A DNA stretch of 64,000 nucleotides from Bugula neritina (taxonomy: Eukaryota; Animalia; Bryozoa): contig OZ037773.1 of the NCBI GenBank assembly GCA_964035545.1, positions 2,881,751 through 2,945,750 on the forward strand, read 5' to 3'. The notes beneath the pieces were generated by a model. That model did no database searches. It was not told the DNA's origin and saw only the letters and a program-made list of their open reading frames with translations. Positions 1-14,700 of this stretch are shown here, piece after piece; the first letter of the stretch is position 1; each line of letters opens with the position of its first letter. A program made the position numbers and the translations under genes.

Positions 1-475
1 AGTAAAAATAACACACCACATAACCTTTGTGTGTCACAAGTCAATAAAACTGCACTCGAAATCTGACTATGGTATGCATTGTATTGTTTAGTATTATTAC
101 TTGCTTTTGAAAACCTAATCAGCAGCAAATTGCAGACTAAAATATTTTTTTATTGAAGGAATTAAAATAGGCAGTAAACAGAATGAAAAATGAGAAACTT
201 TACAATCAGCTATAAAGTTGCAAAAAGTCAAGTTCTGGGTTGTATTGCTTGTTTGACAGTCTGAAATTTGGTAGGCAAACCTTGTGCTAACTGATGGAGC
301 TAGGCTAAACATGACAGTCAGTTACTTGCCCCAGTCATAACTATATCACTTCCTAGTGTAATTACAATTTAAATCAAGATGGAAAATCAGCAAAAATTTA
401 AAAAGAAGATAACCATGCACTGCCCAGACATTAAACTCATCAAATCAAAACTAACCATGACTACACTACATTCAA

Positions 476-903
476 TATTAGTCATAACTGTCTAGTATTA
501 GTCAGAACTGTGTAGTATTAGTCATAACTGTCTAGTAGTAGTCATAACTGTCTAGTAGTAGTCATAACTGTGTAGTATAGTCAGAACTGTGTAGTATTAG
601 TCAGAACTGTCTAGTATTAGTCATAACTGTATAGTATTAGTCATAACTGTGTAGTATTAGTCATAACTGTGTAGTATTAGTCAGAACTGTCTAGTATTAG
701 TCAGAACTGTCTAGTATTAGTCAGAACTGTCTAGTATTAGTCATAACTGTATAGTATTAGTCATAACTGTGTAGTATTAGTCATAACTGTATAGTATTAG
801 TCAGAACTGTGTAGTATTAGTCAGAACTGTACAGTATTAGTTAGAACTGTCTAGTATTAGTCATAACTGTGTAGTATTAGTCAGAACTGTCTAGTATTAA
901 TCA
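476..903. repeat. 20-bp intronic minisatellite (TAGTATTAGTCAKAACTGTS), about 21 copies
   Basis: Direct 20-nt periodicity, starting about 30 nt inside the donor of exon 933-1095. Confidence 0.95.
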
Positions 904-932
904 AAACGAATATATTTAATTAAGTTTCCTAC

Positions 933-2580
933 CTGAGATCTGCTGCTTGAGAATTTTATTTTCATTTTCTTTTTGTTTCAAAACTCGAGAAATATGAGCC
1001 TCCTTTTCAGAAAAAGCAGTTTGAATTTGAAGCACATCATTCCTAGTTTCCAGTTTTAGTTGATCCATTTCAGCTTCATGCTCTTTCAGCAGTGACTAGA
1101 AAAGAAAGATGTACTGAGGCCGAGGACAAAGAATAGTAGAAAAAACAGGAAGTCACCAGTATTCACAAAAAAATCTTTATAGGGCGTCCATCGAAATGTA
1201 TTGTGATCATTTGACCATGACTCAAGGTCATCTAAGTTCTTGCCCAATCGGCCATGCTTATGTAGTAACTTTTTAGACTGTTAATTAATGTGAAGGAAGT
1301 TTTCAATTGATCAATCCCCGCCCCAGTCAACTACTGTCTTTCCAGACATCCAAGTCACTGCGGAGCTAATCATAGCTTCTTTCAATAAAGAAAGGCAATG
1401 TGGGATTGACTGCTAGCTATGTCTCCGCATGGAAAGAAATTGTACTGGAAAGAGATTGTACTGTAAGTGAAGTGGAAAATATTACAAGCAACTTAGAATT
1501 TAGAGTTTAGATGAATCGTAAGTCAGTGAAATGTGCATTTGCTATTGAGTGCATGACGTGGTTGACTGGGAGTACATGCAAGGTAATTAAAGTCAAATTA
1601 AAACACTGGGGTGGTTTAAAATTAAGCTAAATACACTTGAATCTGTTGAACATTGTATATGCTTCATCAAAATAAAGGTGCTTTTGCATTAAAAAAACAT
1701 AGCAAAGTAATCTATTATTATAACTAACTTCTACTAACAATAAATACTGGTACTGTAACTTAAGGAAATAGAACTGAAAAGAGACATTATAAATGAAAAT
1801 TATGAAATTAGACAATGTCAGGCATTGCAACGTCAAGTGTTTTGCTCACATTTAAGAGTAAATAGTTGCTTTATCTTTAGCTGGAATATAATTATTCTTC
1901 AGCTTAAACGTATTTGTAAAAACAATTTTAGTATAAAAATAATAATGGGGTTGGAGGTATACAGTATAACATGGCTACTCATCCTTATTCAACAGGATGT
2001 TCATTTACTCTATGTGCAACAGATATGCAAGCAGATGTGCACCTGCCCCACTTGTCCAGACAAGCATATGACAGCACATGCCCTACTTGTCCAGACAAGC
2101 ACATGACATCACATGTCCTACTTGTCCAGACAAGCACATGACATCACATGCCCTACTTGCCCAGACAAGCACATGACATCATCTGCCATACTTGTCCAGA
2201 CAAGCACATGACATCACTTGTACTTCCTACATGGTGAAAAGATTTTGGTTGATCATAGCCGAAAAATTAAATATAATACTTGCATCAAGGTTTAATTTAG
2301 ATAGAAAACAATTTGTAAAAAAGTTGATTTCTTTTCAAAATTGTAGTCAAACAGCCATCACTACACGTCACTGGACATAGAAAACAAATCTTGAGACCAG
2401 AATTCTATAATCTCATACTTGACGAAGCTTCTCCAGTTCATCCTGTTGCACCTTGAGAGACAATTCTCTTTGTTCTTCCAGATCCTTCTTCAACTTCCAT
2501 ATTTTTCTCCGATAATCTTCTATACCTCTCTCCTTGCCCGCCTTCTTTCTGGGCTCTGAGGGGACGGCGGCTTCAGCCAT
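933..2580 (-). CDS. Coiled-coil protein, N-terminal two coding exons (2419-2580, 933-1095); no further exon identified, gene presumably continues past the left edge
   Basis: ATG at 2580; GT-AG junctions in phase; translation MAEAAVPSEPRKKAGKERGIEDYRRKIWKLKKDLEEQRELSLKVQQDELEKLRQ|SLLKEHEAEMDQLKLETRNDVLQIQTAFSEKEAHISRVLKQKENENKILKQQIS is E/K/Q/L-rich with heptad character. An acceptor AG at 2626-2627 implies an upstream non-coding exon. Only a weak recalled resemblance to JAKMIP/RIMBP3 N-terminal coiled coils, so no symbol is given. Confidence 0.7.
2045..2230. repeat. 35-bp tandem repeat, about 5 copies
   Basis: The unit start CTTGTCCAGACAAGCA recurs (with minor variants) at 2051, 2086, 2121, 2156, 2191. 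Confidence 0.9.
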
Positions 2581-4094
2581 TACCAATCCACATCTATCTT
2601 TTTACCAAGAATCTTACATTGATGTCTAAAGCCAAAACAAACATATATAATATTAGACATCAATTTGTGATCAATAAAGTTAACTGAACAATGTTGGTAT
2701 TCCGTTGCTATTATGTAACATATGACGAAAAACTCAAACTTAAAAAATGTGTCATTTGAAAATATGCATTGCTAATAAAAATAATTTGAACACGATAGCA
2801 CATTTCATTCCTTCCAACTTGACATTGAAAACTTCAATTATAAAAAATACCTCTTGCCAACGCAAGTAAGAGTAACTAACAGCTCGCACTGTACGATTCA
2901 AGAGCTCATTTCAGGAGCTAGCTGTGATCAATTGCTAAGAGGAAACTCTATTAGTGATACCAGCATATATTGAGATGAGTTGGAAAAGATCAGGTTTATG
3001 ATGAAACTCTTATAGTATCTAGTAGCGATAACCAGAAAAACTTTGTAAACATTCTGATAGCTTAAAGATACAATAAAAAATATGTTTTGGACCAGTAACA
3101 CAGATAATTCACCAGAGATTAAAATATACTACTATGAAATTAGTACTCTTGTAAAGTTGTTCATTCAAATTTACTGGACTTATCATTACAAGAATATTGC
3201 AGTTGGGGTATGCTAGGACTAACTAATTCTGATTTAGTGAGCAAGCAGTAACTTTACGAAAGTAACCTGACTTAACCTAAACATAGGGCTAAGTTAGCAG
3301 CACTAGTAGTAGTAGTACTAGTGCTGCTAGTACTCGGACTAGTAGCAGTGGAAACAGCAGTACTCGTACTTAACTTATACTTATTGTTTTATAGATATAC
3401 TAACTATAAAATACAATTATTCATTTATTGCAGTTAACCTTATTTTTAAAATTATACTTGTAGTTGCAGTTAGAGTTATTTAGGTTTATTATTGTGTTCT
3501 CTTTGTTGGTTTATTTTATAGCTATACTAGTATAGAACTAGTATTAGTATTGCTTGAAAATTATAGGGGTAGTGACAATAGAAGTATCCAATAGTAATTG
3601 TTAATGTTATAGTAAATTATTATAATTATTTTCTCTATTTATATTACATTTACTATTAGTATTACTTTTTACTTTAAGTATAACTATAAGTATAAGTATA
3701 ACAGTAGCCATTAACTTTAAGAGAACGTCTTAGTCTACTTGAGTATTATAATCTATAAGTTTGAGTATTACTATTAGTATTACTATAAGTATAACTTTAA
3801 CTTATATCTGTATGATCTATAGTTATAGTATAAGTATAAGTATAACTATAAAGTTAAACTTAAGCTTGAATTATAACAATAACACTAAGTTCAACTACTA
3901 AACTAGTAATACTAGTACACGAGTAGTACTGGGTACTCTTGTACTACTACGTCTACTAGTAGTAGACGTAGTAGTAGTACTAGTACTATGTGTAGTAGTA
4001 GTACTACTACTACTAGTACTAGCCACTAGGTATAGTTATAGTAGTACTAGTAGTTAGTAAGTTACTACTCATACTAGTACGTCTAGCGGTCTAC

Positions 4095-4560
4095 CAGTTT
4101 CAGTTTATCCGAAAAATCATTCTATAAAGGTGCAATTAGTATTTAGTTTTTTGCACCAATCCAATCAAATATGCACACAAATAGGCGAGTTTTCATAGCA
4201 GAGTAATTATAAATAATAACTAAGCCAAGGCAAGTGCTTGCTTAGAAACCAACTTTAGCATGGCAGGTACGCTGACCTATATGACTGACCCAACAACTTA
4301 TTTTATCAAACATTCTCTCACGACTATCATTGTAATTTTTATATTTCAATTTGGGTAGGCGATTAATGGTCCGCAGAATTACATGGCTGCCGAAACAACA
4401 GGAAATCGTTTTATTCACGTTTAATTTCGCTACTCAGTTAGAGTAAAAATTATTCTCACTTGTACTTGAAGTGTGTTTGCAAATACAGCGCTATTTTCAA
4501 TCGTAATTTCAAATTGTATGCATTTAATGGATTTTATTTAGCATTCTTAGTTGATTTTTT
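4095..4560. promoter_or_regulatory. Probable bidirectional promoter shared by the coiled-coil gene and AQR
   Basis: Higher-complexity, CpG-containing island between two divergent genes whose ATG exons are each preceded by an acceptor AG; YY1-like ACATGGCTGCC at about 4381. TSSs are not locatable. Confidence 0.45.
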
Positions 4561-5779
4561 GTGTCAGTCTAGTTTTTATTTATAAATGCTAATGACTTAA
4601 AGTTAAACTTAAAGTTAATCACTTTTAGTTTTGACTTTAAGTTAAGTTTAAGTTAAACTTAAAGTCAATGTATTAATTTATAATTATTATTATATTTATT
4701 AATATAAATATTTATACTATTATAAATATTCTATGAAATCTAATAATGTTATTTACTATTTTGATGATAATATTCACATTGAATTTGATATTCATATTCA
4801 TATTGTGATATTCAATTTAAATTTCATTATGATTATCATAATGATGATGATTATGATTATAATCATCACGCACACACTCCAGACTCCACAGTCAGCTACA
4901 GTGTGACTATGAGCATATCAGTTTGGCTGTGAGTGTGAGTCAGTGCCACACTTACATTATGATTATGATGTTAATTTAAATTATCAACTTCAAGTGACTA
5001 TCACTAGCACTAGCAGTATCAGATTATAATTATTATTAATATTACTATGAGTATGACTATCACTCTGACATTATGAGTATGATTATCTCTAGGAATCGTT
5101 TCGGTTTACCCATTTACTTTTAATTTTAATATCATAAACAGTATGACTATCAAATTCAACATTGATATTATTTTCATCATGATTATCAAATTCAATATCA
5201 ACATTATGGTTATCATTATAATTATCTGATTATGGTTACATTTAGTTTTACTGATTAGCAATAATTATTAAGTCATGTGTTCTAAATTTATATGTGATTG
5301 CCATTCAGTGCTTTAATCAAATCCGGTCAATTTTATTAATAACTGTTGGAGTTATACAAGCTGGAGTAATTGCTACACTTCTATGACTAGTTACCAAATA
5401 AAACACAATTGCATGCACTATTTTTAAAACATTGAGCTGAATAGCATTAATCAGCCTTAACTAAAACATAAACTTACTGTGATAGTAAAATAGCACTTGT
5501 AAAAATTTATCAATATGTATGATAGAATAATTCTGAAATCTGTTATTGCCTCAGGATGCTTAAAACCTGACTTCCTAATTTTCTTTTCTTCGATGTTTTT
5601 TTTTACAACTGTTCCTTTGTTCTTCAATTTTTTAATATTTTAGTTTGCAATTCAGTAATTATATATTCCAATTTTCAAAGATTTCATATCATAGTAGGTA
5701 CAATTATAACTTGTTGCTTTGACTATTCATTCATTCAATTCATTTTTATTTATATCAGTTATTAATTGAGAGCTGTCAG

Positions 5780-8700
5780 ATGGCTAGTGTGCAAGGCGAA
5801 CCACCTGCTAAAGCACTAAAACATGGAGTACAAAATAAGAATGCGGCAAAACCAAAAGGTAGAAGTAACAACACACTGACAGTTGAGCAGCTCGAGTCTG
5901 ATGTTATTTCACAATTGGCTGCCGAAAACTGGAGTGGCAGCACCGCCAAGTCCTTCTCATCAGAGGTAACGGTTGAAGTCAAACAGTTTGTTTCTGCTTT
6001 TGAGGCCTGTTGAGATTTTCCTGAGTCTGTTATAATATGTGATTTCACTTAAGTTGTCCCTTTAAGCTCATTAAAAAATTACTTGATATCTAGAAAATTA
6101 TAATGATTCAGTAAATTATAAAAATTCAGTCATCGTTTGAAGTTTGATTTTTCAAAACAAAATATCTATTTAAATTAGTTGCTGTGCTATAAAGTTGCAC
6201 GAATCCAGCTATAAATTGATGAAGTGTGTTACTTTGAACCAAGGTTTGGTTTCATTCAATACAGTTTTTTCATAAAGAAGATAACTCCCATACTGTTTTA
6301 CGGAAGCATCATCTTTTACAGCTCACTCTTTGCTGAGAACCGGTGGTCATTTATATGCTCACATTCTGGGTTGCTTGGACCTTGAATATAAATGTGTTTA
6401 CTCACCACAAGCTATTACAGTAGTTTCTCTGGTTACTTTTCACTTTTATTGGCTCGTATGTTATATAGATTGTTGAGAATATTTACACCAATGAGCTGGG
6501 TGCAGTTAAAAAGGTCATGATGTTAGAGGTTTCCCAGTATCTAGAGAAATATTTGTGGAAATTCTATGTGCCACACAAGTCCTCACTGTCGCACGTCATT
6601 TCCATCATGATCATGGTAAACGAGAAGTTCCGTGAGCGGGTGCCAGCTTGGGAGGTGAGAAGTTTGAATTTTTGAATTTTTTACAGCCCGTTCCAGCTGT
6701 AAGTTGGAATTAAAGTACTTTTTTTTAAAAACTAATGCTACTAACAGTCAAAACTTATGTAAGTTCAAATTTTTTGCCGATTGAAAGTTTTGCGTAACCA
6801 TGTTCTGTTTAAACTTGTTATGTTTGTTTTATTCTTTTTGTGTGAGCCTATGGAATATAGCTTAGAAGGAAATAGTTTTAAAATATTTTATATGTAACTA
6901 TGTCATTGTTCTTATAGGCATTTAAAAACAGTCCTGATAACTTCCCTGGATTTTTTGAGGATGTCACAAGACTGGTAATCTCTCCCGACAGTCTGAGTTA
7001 TAAATCCCAGACGGTTGTTCTGGTATTCCTGATCCATATATTCAATTCTTTGGTATGTTGTTTGGTTTGTCTGCCGTGCAAATATTTTTGGTCTTAGGTG
7101 ATATTGAAACTCTTAATTTTAATACAAGTTACCAACTTGTCATTATAAATTCACTGCGAGGTTTCCTTTTCAACAGGAAGTGGATTTGATTCGCCAGCAT
7201 GCACAGAAACTGGTGTCCTTGTCTATTTGGACGAACCTAAAGCCAGGTAGACTGAGTGAGTTGTACAAAGAGACACCGAAGATGAAGAAATTCATGTCTG
7301 CTATAAAGTAGGTTGTAGGTTGTAACTTGTAGGTGGTAGCTTGTAACTTGCAGGTTGTAACTTGTAGGTTGTAACTTGTAGGTTGTAACTTGTAGGTTGT
7401 AACTTGTAGGTTGTAACTTGTAGGTTGTAACTTGTAGGTTGTAACTTGTAGGTTGTAACTTGTAACTTGTAACTTGTAGGTTGTAACTTGTAGGTTAGGT
7501 TATAAACACACTCGAGGTATGACTGGTCAACTCAAAGTTAGGTGATGGTTGGTGGTCACTAAGTGCATTGGTTGGGGTTTGGAGTTCAAACAGCAATGTA
7601 GCTTCTGTACTCGGTCACCTCAAACTCGGTGCTGCGTCTAGCGATTAGTCCAGGTTTTCACAATCAATCTGATCGAGTTTGAGTGTGTCCTGTGTTAGCG
7701 CCCATTTGCCTGGCCTATTTGATAGCAATACAAAGTAATAAGCCCATTCTCGTATAGGAGCAAATAGTAATGGAAAATTTTTTTGGCTGTCTTGCACATA
7801 TAATTTTTCTGTCACTCACATTATTTGGCATTTACTAGTCTGTGGGCAGAGTTCTTTCTGTATATTGTCTTTTGTTGAAGTTTTGGCAGTAAAAAAAAAT
7901 CTTGTTTTTAGAAAACAAGATGGCCGTTTGTCGAAAGAAGAACTTCAAAAAGCTGTGTTTGAGAGGCAGTTTCTGTATAGATTAATCACGGAAAGGTTTT
8001 ACCCTACTTTACACTCAATTACTGAAAAAGGTGCAAACATATTATTATACTCAAAATTCTGATTACTCTTGATATTTATTGCCAACTTATACTACAGTAT
8101 ATAAAACACTTTAGCATATATAGCACTATAGCACATATAACACTATAGCATATATAACACTATAGTATATATAACACTATACTATATATAATACTATAGC
8201 ATATATAGCACTATAGCACATATAACACTACAGCATATATAACACTATAGCATATATAACACTGTAGTATATACAACACTATAGCATATATAACACTGTA
8301 GTATATAAAACACTATAGCCTATATAACACTATAGCACATATAACACTAAGCTTATATAACACTATAGCATATACAACACTATAGTATATATAACACTAT
8401 AGTATATAAAACACTATAGTATATATAACACTATAGAATATATAACAGTATAGTATATATAACGCTATAGCATATACAACACTATAGCATATACAATACT
8501 ATAGCATATATAACACCATGCTTTGCTCTAACAACAGGCTCTACAGATAAGACTCACTACTGCGAGAGAGTTCTGGAGCTTCTCATTGACCTACAAGCTC
8601 AACTTCCTACCAGACGGTTTCTCAACACTCTACTCGATGATTTACATGTGGTGGTTACTTGCAAGAGATCATTGGTCTTTCAGAAAGGCAGCAAACTGTT

Positions 8701-11700
8701 CTCACAGGTCAGCATATGAGGGTATTATACTGAGGGTAGTATATCATACTGAGGGTATCATACTGAGGGTAGTATATCATACTGAGGGTATTATATCATA
8801 CTGAGGGTATCGTACTGAGGGTATTATATCATACTGAGGGTATCATACTGAGGGTAGTGTATCATACTGAGGGTATTATATCATACTGAGGGTATTGTAT
8901 CATACTGAGGGTATTATATCATACTGAGGGTAGTATATTTTACTGAGGATAGTATATCGTACTGAGGGTAGTATATCATACTGAGGGTAGCATATCGTAC
9001 TGAGGGTATTGTATCATACTGAGGGTATTGTATCATACTGAGGGCAGCATATCATTCTGAGGGTATCATTCTGAGGGTATCATACTGAGAGTTGTATTCT
9101 TGTTTAGTTACTGGATATGTTAGAGTTCTATGTGGGCTTTGAGATCAACGACCTGACTGGAGAACCAATGACAGACAAGGAAATGACCGATATACACTAC
9201 AGACGTATTCGCGCTCTCCAGGTAGTTATATTAACATCTCCAGGTAACATATCGCACTCGTTTTATTGAAGTTTTTTAAGTAAAAGCTTTGGTGTGAGTT
9301 GTGTAGTGATTCTACACAGTTATAGTATGTTATCAGAATATTTGCCATTTACTTGGTGCCAGAGTGAAATGATACTTTTATACAGTCATGCAATCATCAG
9401 ATGTTCTTGAGATAATGCAATTGTTTGCTATGGTGTGCTGTATACAGCAAGACCTAACTATGCTAATTACTCTTCTACATATTCAGCCAGCTTCACCACC
9501 TCTTTTTACATGATTTACCTTAAGCTAAGTAGACTTTACAATATCAAAAGGCGAAAATTTTGTCTGAAAAAAATACCTTTGCCGCATAATTCGCAATATT
9601 CTTTGTTGGTCAGTTTTACCTTCTTAGTTTTATGTTTTCACAATTTTACATTTGATAGATTTTGTCAAATTCTTCTGAGAACTTTTCAACAAGGACTATA
9701 AACAGTGTTGTCAGATAGTGAGCCATATATATTGTGTCGTATTGCTTGCAGAAAGCGGCTTTTTGTAACTTTGGCGAGGAGTTGCGGAGATTTGCTCTGA
9801 GCAACGTGGCGTCTATCGACAACGATGGCTCCCTCTGCAAGTATTTGTCTCCCCTGGATGACAAACAGCTGTCGGCTTTAGCTGTGAAACTTAGCCTCAT
9901 ACCTGAACCCCCCTCAGAAGCAGATGAAGTGGAGTTTGGTTCTTACACTAAGACCTACAACAAAGAATTCCTTCTTGATCTCATGGTAGGGAACACAACT
10001 CCTATCGGTCTTTGTTGGTGACAGCATTTGAGTTCCTGTCATCAACTTTCTATCTCAGCTTTTATTTAGTTTGCCTACTTGCTACTTGTTTCGTTAGTTC
10101 TTTTTTCTAAATATAATGATTGCATTATGTATTTCATTGTCTACTCTCGAACGAATTTTTAACCCATGATTTTCCTTGAAGGTATTCCGTTACGAGAGAA
10201 GATTATCCCAAATTGAGGCTATCAATGAAATGCCACTGTATCCTACAGAAGCCATAGTATGGGACGAGAATATCGTGCCTGGGGACTATTACTCAGGGCA
10301 GGGTTGTCTTGCCCTCCCCAAACTCAACCTACAGTTTTTAACACTCCATGACTATCTGCTAAGGAACTTCCATCTGTTCAGACTTGAAAGCACATGTTAG
10401 TATAAAGTCATTCGTTATATTTTCAAATATTAAGCTTTTTTTCAAAGAATTATTTTCCAGCTTTAATGTAAAGTTGAGAGTGGGTTTATAGTAGTAGTGG
10501 GAAACCATGATGGAAAGGTTATTTTTGTAAGCGGGCTAAGGACTGGGTGTTTAACCATACTAAGTTTCTTTTAAGGAGATGAATGTTTAGTACACATGTT
10601 TTCTATATATGTACACCTGCCTGGCCTGCCTCCCTGTTATAGGTTGTCAAAGTTACGCTAATACGTTGAAATCCTGCGCCTCCATCATTTAATTTGTGTG
10701 TTCCTACATTATATCACTGCGTTTCCATTACTTGCATTATGTTAATGGATTTTTCTTTTGATGTTTTAAAACAGGTCAAATCAAACCACGACCGCAAATC
10801 CGTCAGTAGGAGGCATTCAAATTAATGCAAACCCAGTGTACACGCAGTGTATATATTTATAAATAGTTACGTACATCGTGAATTGTACTCGTGACTTGCT
10901 ATATACTATGTGACTACTATTTGCCACAATATGGTGAGAAAAGCATTGCTCACTGAGATATGGTTGGAAGGATGTTGCTGAGTGAGATATGTTCTGTTTA
11001 CGCAGATGAGATCAGACAGAATATAGAGGACGCTGTGTACCGCATGAAGCCTTGGATGTCCGAATCTGACACCACGCTGTTCGCTGGGTGGGCGCGGATG
11101 GCACAACCCATTGAAGGGTTCAACGTGGTTGAAGTACGTCTACCTTAAATTGATTAAATAGTAATAATATCTGGCTCTCTTGCCATTTTTTACTTCAATT
11201 GTCAGCCATTCTCTGTATACCTGTACAGTGAGTGGTATAGTCTTAAAGGTCTTCAAGGCTTTTCTATTCGCTTTTAGTTTTAAAATGTTTGCAATTTGCA
11301 TTACTCAAAAATTGACAGCTGTGCGAGAGAATTCCATCTCATATACAATTTTATTTTTAATATTTCTTTTCAAATCAAGTACAATCTGTATTTTAGTAGA
11401 ATTTACAAATTTTCTCTATAATACATGTAGTCCTATATATCATATTCTACATACAATATATTACATGTGCTACAAATACTAAATGCTACACATAATATAA
11501 GCTACATGCCATGCTATGACACTAACAAGGTGGTGCTCTGCAGGTTGCTAAACCAAAGCTGGGGGAGAACCACCCAGCCAGAGTGAGAGCAGACGTCTCT
11601 ATATTGCTCAACACTCGCGGCAACATCAGGAATGAATGGGAGTCACTGCGTAAACACGACGTCGCTTTTCTTATCACTGTGAGACCAAGCAATACCACGT

Positions 11701-14700
11701 CTGTGAGGTACAACTTCAAGGTAGGTGTAACTCGGCAATACCAACTCTATAAGCTATAGCTTCTAAGTTGACATTACATTAGTAGGTAGTATTGTTTGGG
11801 GTTTTAACTGTAGGATATACAGTACAGTCAACATCCCACTGCTACAGCATAATAGCTCTAGTCAAGTCAAGTTGTAACATCTTCTGCAAAAGTAAAGCGG
11901 CGGCTTGTCAAATTCTGTTTTTCAAAATGTTTTGTCAAAAGTCTTGCTAATGTTTTGCTGATCAATTGTACAAGGAATAATATGTTTGAGATGTTTTCTT
12001 ATTATTGGAGTTGTACTCTCTAGTATATCAGGTAAACTGTGAATACTCTTAATTTATTGCTGCAATATATGCGTGTAGGTGTTACTCAACAATACCAATT
12101 CTATTGAAGCTGTTGACTCACTTGCAGGGTGATTTCATACCTCAAGTTGGTCTGATGTATGTGCGGGGCTGTGAAATAGAAGGCATGTTGGACGCCGACG
12201 GCAGAGTGATTGAGGAGGGCCCGGAGCCTCGCCCCCAACTCAGAGGAAATGTTAGAACATTCCGGGTGTGGCTAGACCCTAACCAGTACAAGAAAGACAT
12301 GACGGCGCATGAAGGAGGCCAGGAGGTTTGTTGTACTGCTTCTTCCTTCAGTTAGACCGAGCTCTATCCGGTATATCAGCTCTACGTCGTGTGTGTAAGT
12401 TTATAGGCTTTCAGTACGCTCGGGAGCCTGTAGTTCCCCACCTTGTATGTAGGCCTTCAGTGCGTCTCAACTCACCGCTAGTGTCTTTGGTTGAGGAACT
12501 CTGCAAAGTGCTATGAAGTGCTGTCTGATATACCAGCATGCTCTCTCACTGCACTGACAGCCAGTATTGTAGGGGCAGCAGTGAGGGCATAGTATTAAGT
12601 GGAGTAGCAAATATTTGTTATGGCATCAGTGTCGTTACTATATTTCATGTCACTTTCCTAGTTGTTGCTATATTTGTGCAGTCATTATAGTAAATTTGGA
12701 GTTGTGTCGACAAAAAGTCATTTGTTGCCTTTTGACAATCTTTTCTCCTTTCTCCTTGGTGCATCATCTATTTAATATAGTTTAGTTTATAGGTATTATA
12801 TTTTTAGTTACACATGCGCACGCACACACGCACGCACGCGCACACACCCACTGTATCAATGCATGTATATTGTATGAATATCAAATGTAATGATTTATCA
12901 GTTTATCTCTAATGATATTTGTCTTCTCCATATTTCTCCAAGCAGTGGCACTTATATATTCCTTGTATGACAGGATGTTTACGGGACCTTTAATATCATA
13001 ATGAGACGAAAACCCAAAGAGAACAACTTCAAGGCTGTATTGGAGACTATCCGAGACCTGATGAACACAGAATGTGTTGTCCCTGATTGGCTACAGGATA
13101 TACTACTCGGATATGGAGACCCAGGCTCCGCCCACTACTCTCGGTATGTCACTCACTTTCTGTCAAAGGGCACATGACTCCATGTTTAGTCAATGTTGCG
13201 TAGTTCACACTCCTGGTATTCTATATAGTGAATAGTGTTTTTATTACGAGTCAGAATATATGTGTCTGAAATATCAACATTGCTTAACTTTTGTTACACA
13301 TGTTGATTTAAGTATTTAATGGTTTAAGTTGGTTGTTGTAACTTCTGGGAATATCTGTTTATTTTAAACTCACTGGAAAGGAAAAAATACATTTAAATCT
13401 TTTATAATGTTAATGCATTGAGAAGACCAAATGCTGGGGGAGGTAGTCTCGCTTGCTGTCACATGTTAGTGAGATGTCATACCTTGATATTCATATAAAG
13501 TTATCTATGGCATACTTTCACATGTTACCCTTGTTAGTTGATCATCATATCCGTGATATTCGCTCTGTTATTGTGTAGAATGGAGAAACATATTGGCACT
13601 CTGGATTGGAATGACACTTTTCTTAGTGAAGAGCATTTGAAGCATTCATTCCCTGATCACGACGTCGTCATGGAGAAGAGTGAGGAGGGGGTAGAGAACC
13701 TCCCGCCTTTCACGTAAGTCTGCAGGCTACAGTTTACCTGAAGCTTTTTTGCCACTTTTTGTCTTCTATTTCATCACAAAGTGCAGGATTTATGGAATTT
13801 ATTGAATATAAAGATATAAACACTAAAACCTAATAAATTTCACTGTGTAGGAAAGGAAGTGTGTTGTGAAGTACTGCACATTAAATAGAGTTTAGCAATA
13901 CTATTTGTCAATTGTTTTCATCATCCTTCACTCTAACTAGTTTGTGTACAGTGTGTAAATCACTATGTTGGTTGGCGCCAGGGGGTCCCCACACCTGTAT
14001 AAAGGTTACGGTAGGGGGTCCCAATCATATATAGAGGTTAGCATAGGAGGTCCTCACCTACATAGGAGTTAGCATAGGGGGTCCTAACCTATATAGGGGT
14101 TAGCATGGTGGATTCCAGCCTGTAAAGGGGTTAGCGTAGGGGTGACTAGAGCTTATTCTGCATCCCTTGTCTTTGTTATCAGACTTACTATAGAAGATGG
14201 CGAAGATAAAGAATCCAAGAAGGTGCTAGCTCAGAATCATCAGATGCTCAACAGGGGGCCTTATGAGTATAATGTGCCTAAAAAGTGAGTAATGCCTAGA
14301 ATCACAGTCTAATTTATGTCTGAATTGAGATGATAGAAACTCTGAGTTGAACAGCTTATGGTTTCACACTGTCACTATATATAAATACTCGTACTGCTAA
14401 TGGACATTGGCTCTCTCTCCCCACTTACCAACTGAAGGCTTGATTCATTAGTTTGATGAATTTGACATTCCAATGTCTGAGGTATTATTAGCCAGCAGTT
14501 GACTGAACTGGTAACCTTGCCAACTCTCACTTCACTTCTTATTTGCTTCAATAGAATTAACGTCGGCTCATGGAGAGCTCATTGTATGTATAATGTAAAG
14601 AAAGCTGTTAGAGACAAACTTGACCAGCTCTAACCTGGGGCTGAGTGCGCTGAAATTCACGGATTTAATTCAGTTAGAGATCATTGAAGTTTGATATATA

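Noticed and set aside
6210-14480. Possible intronic C/D snoRNAs (TGATGA...CTGA at about 6217 and 14454)
   Set aside because: Box spacing unsuitable, no terminal stem and no recognisable rRNA guide.
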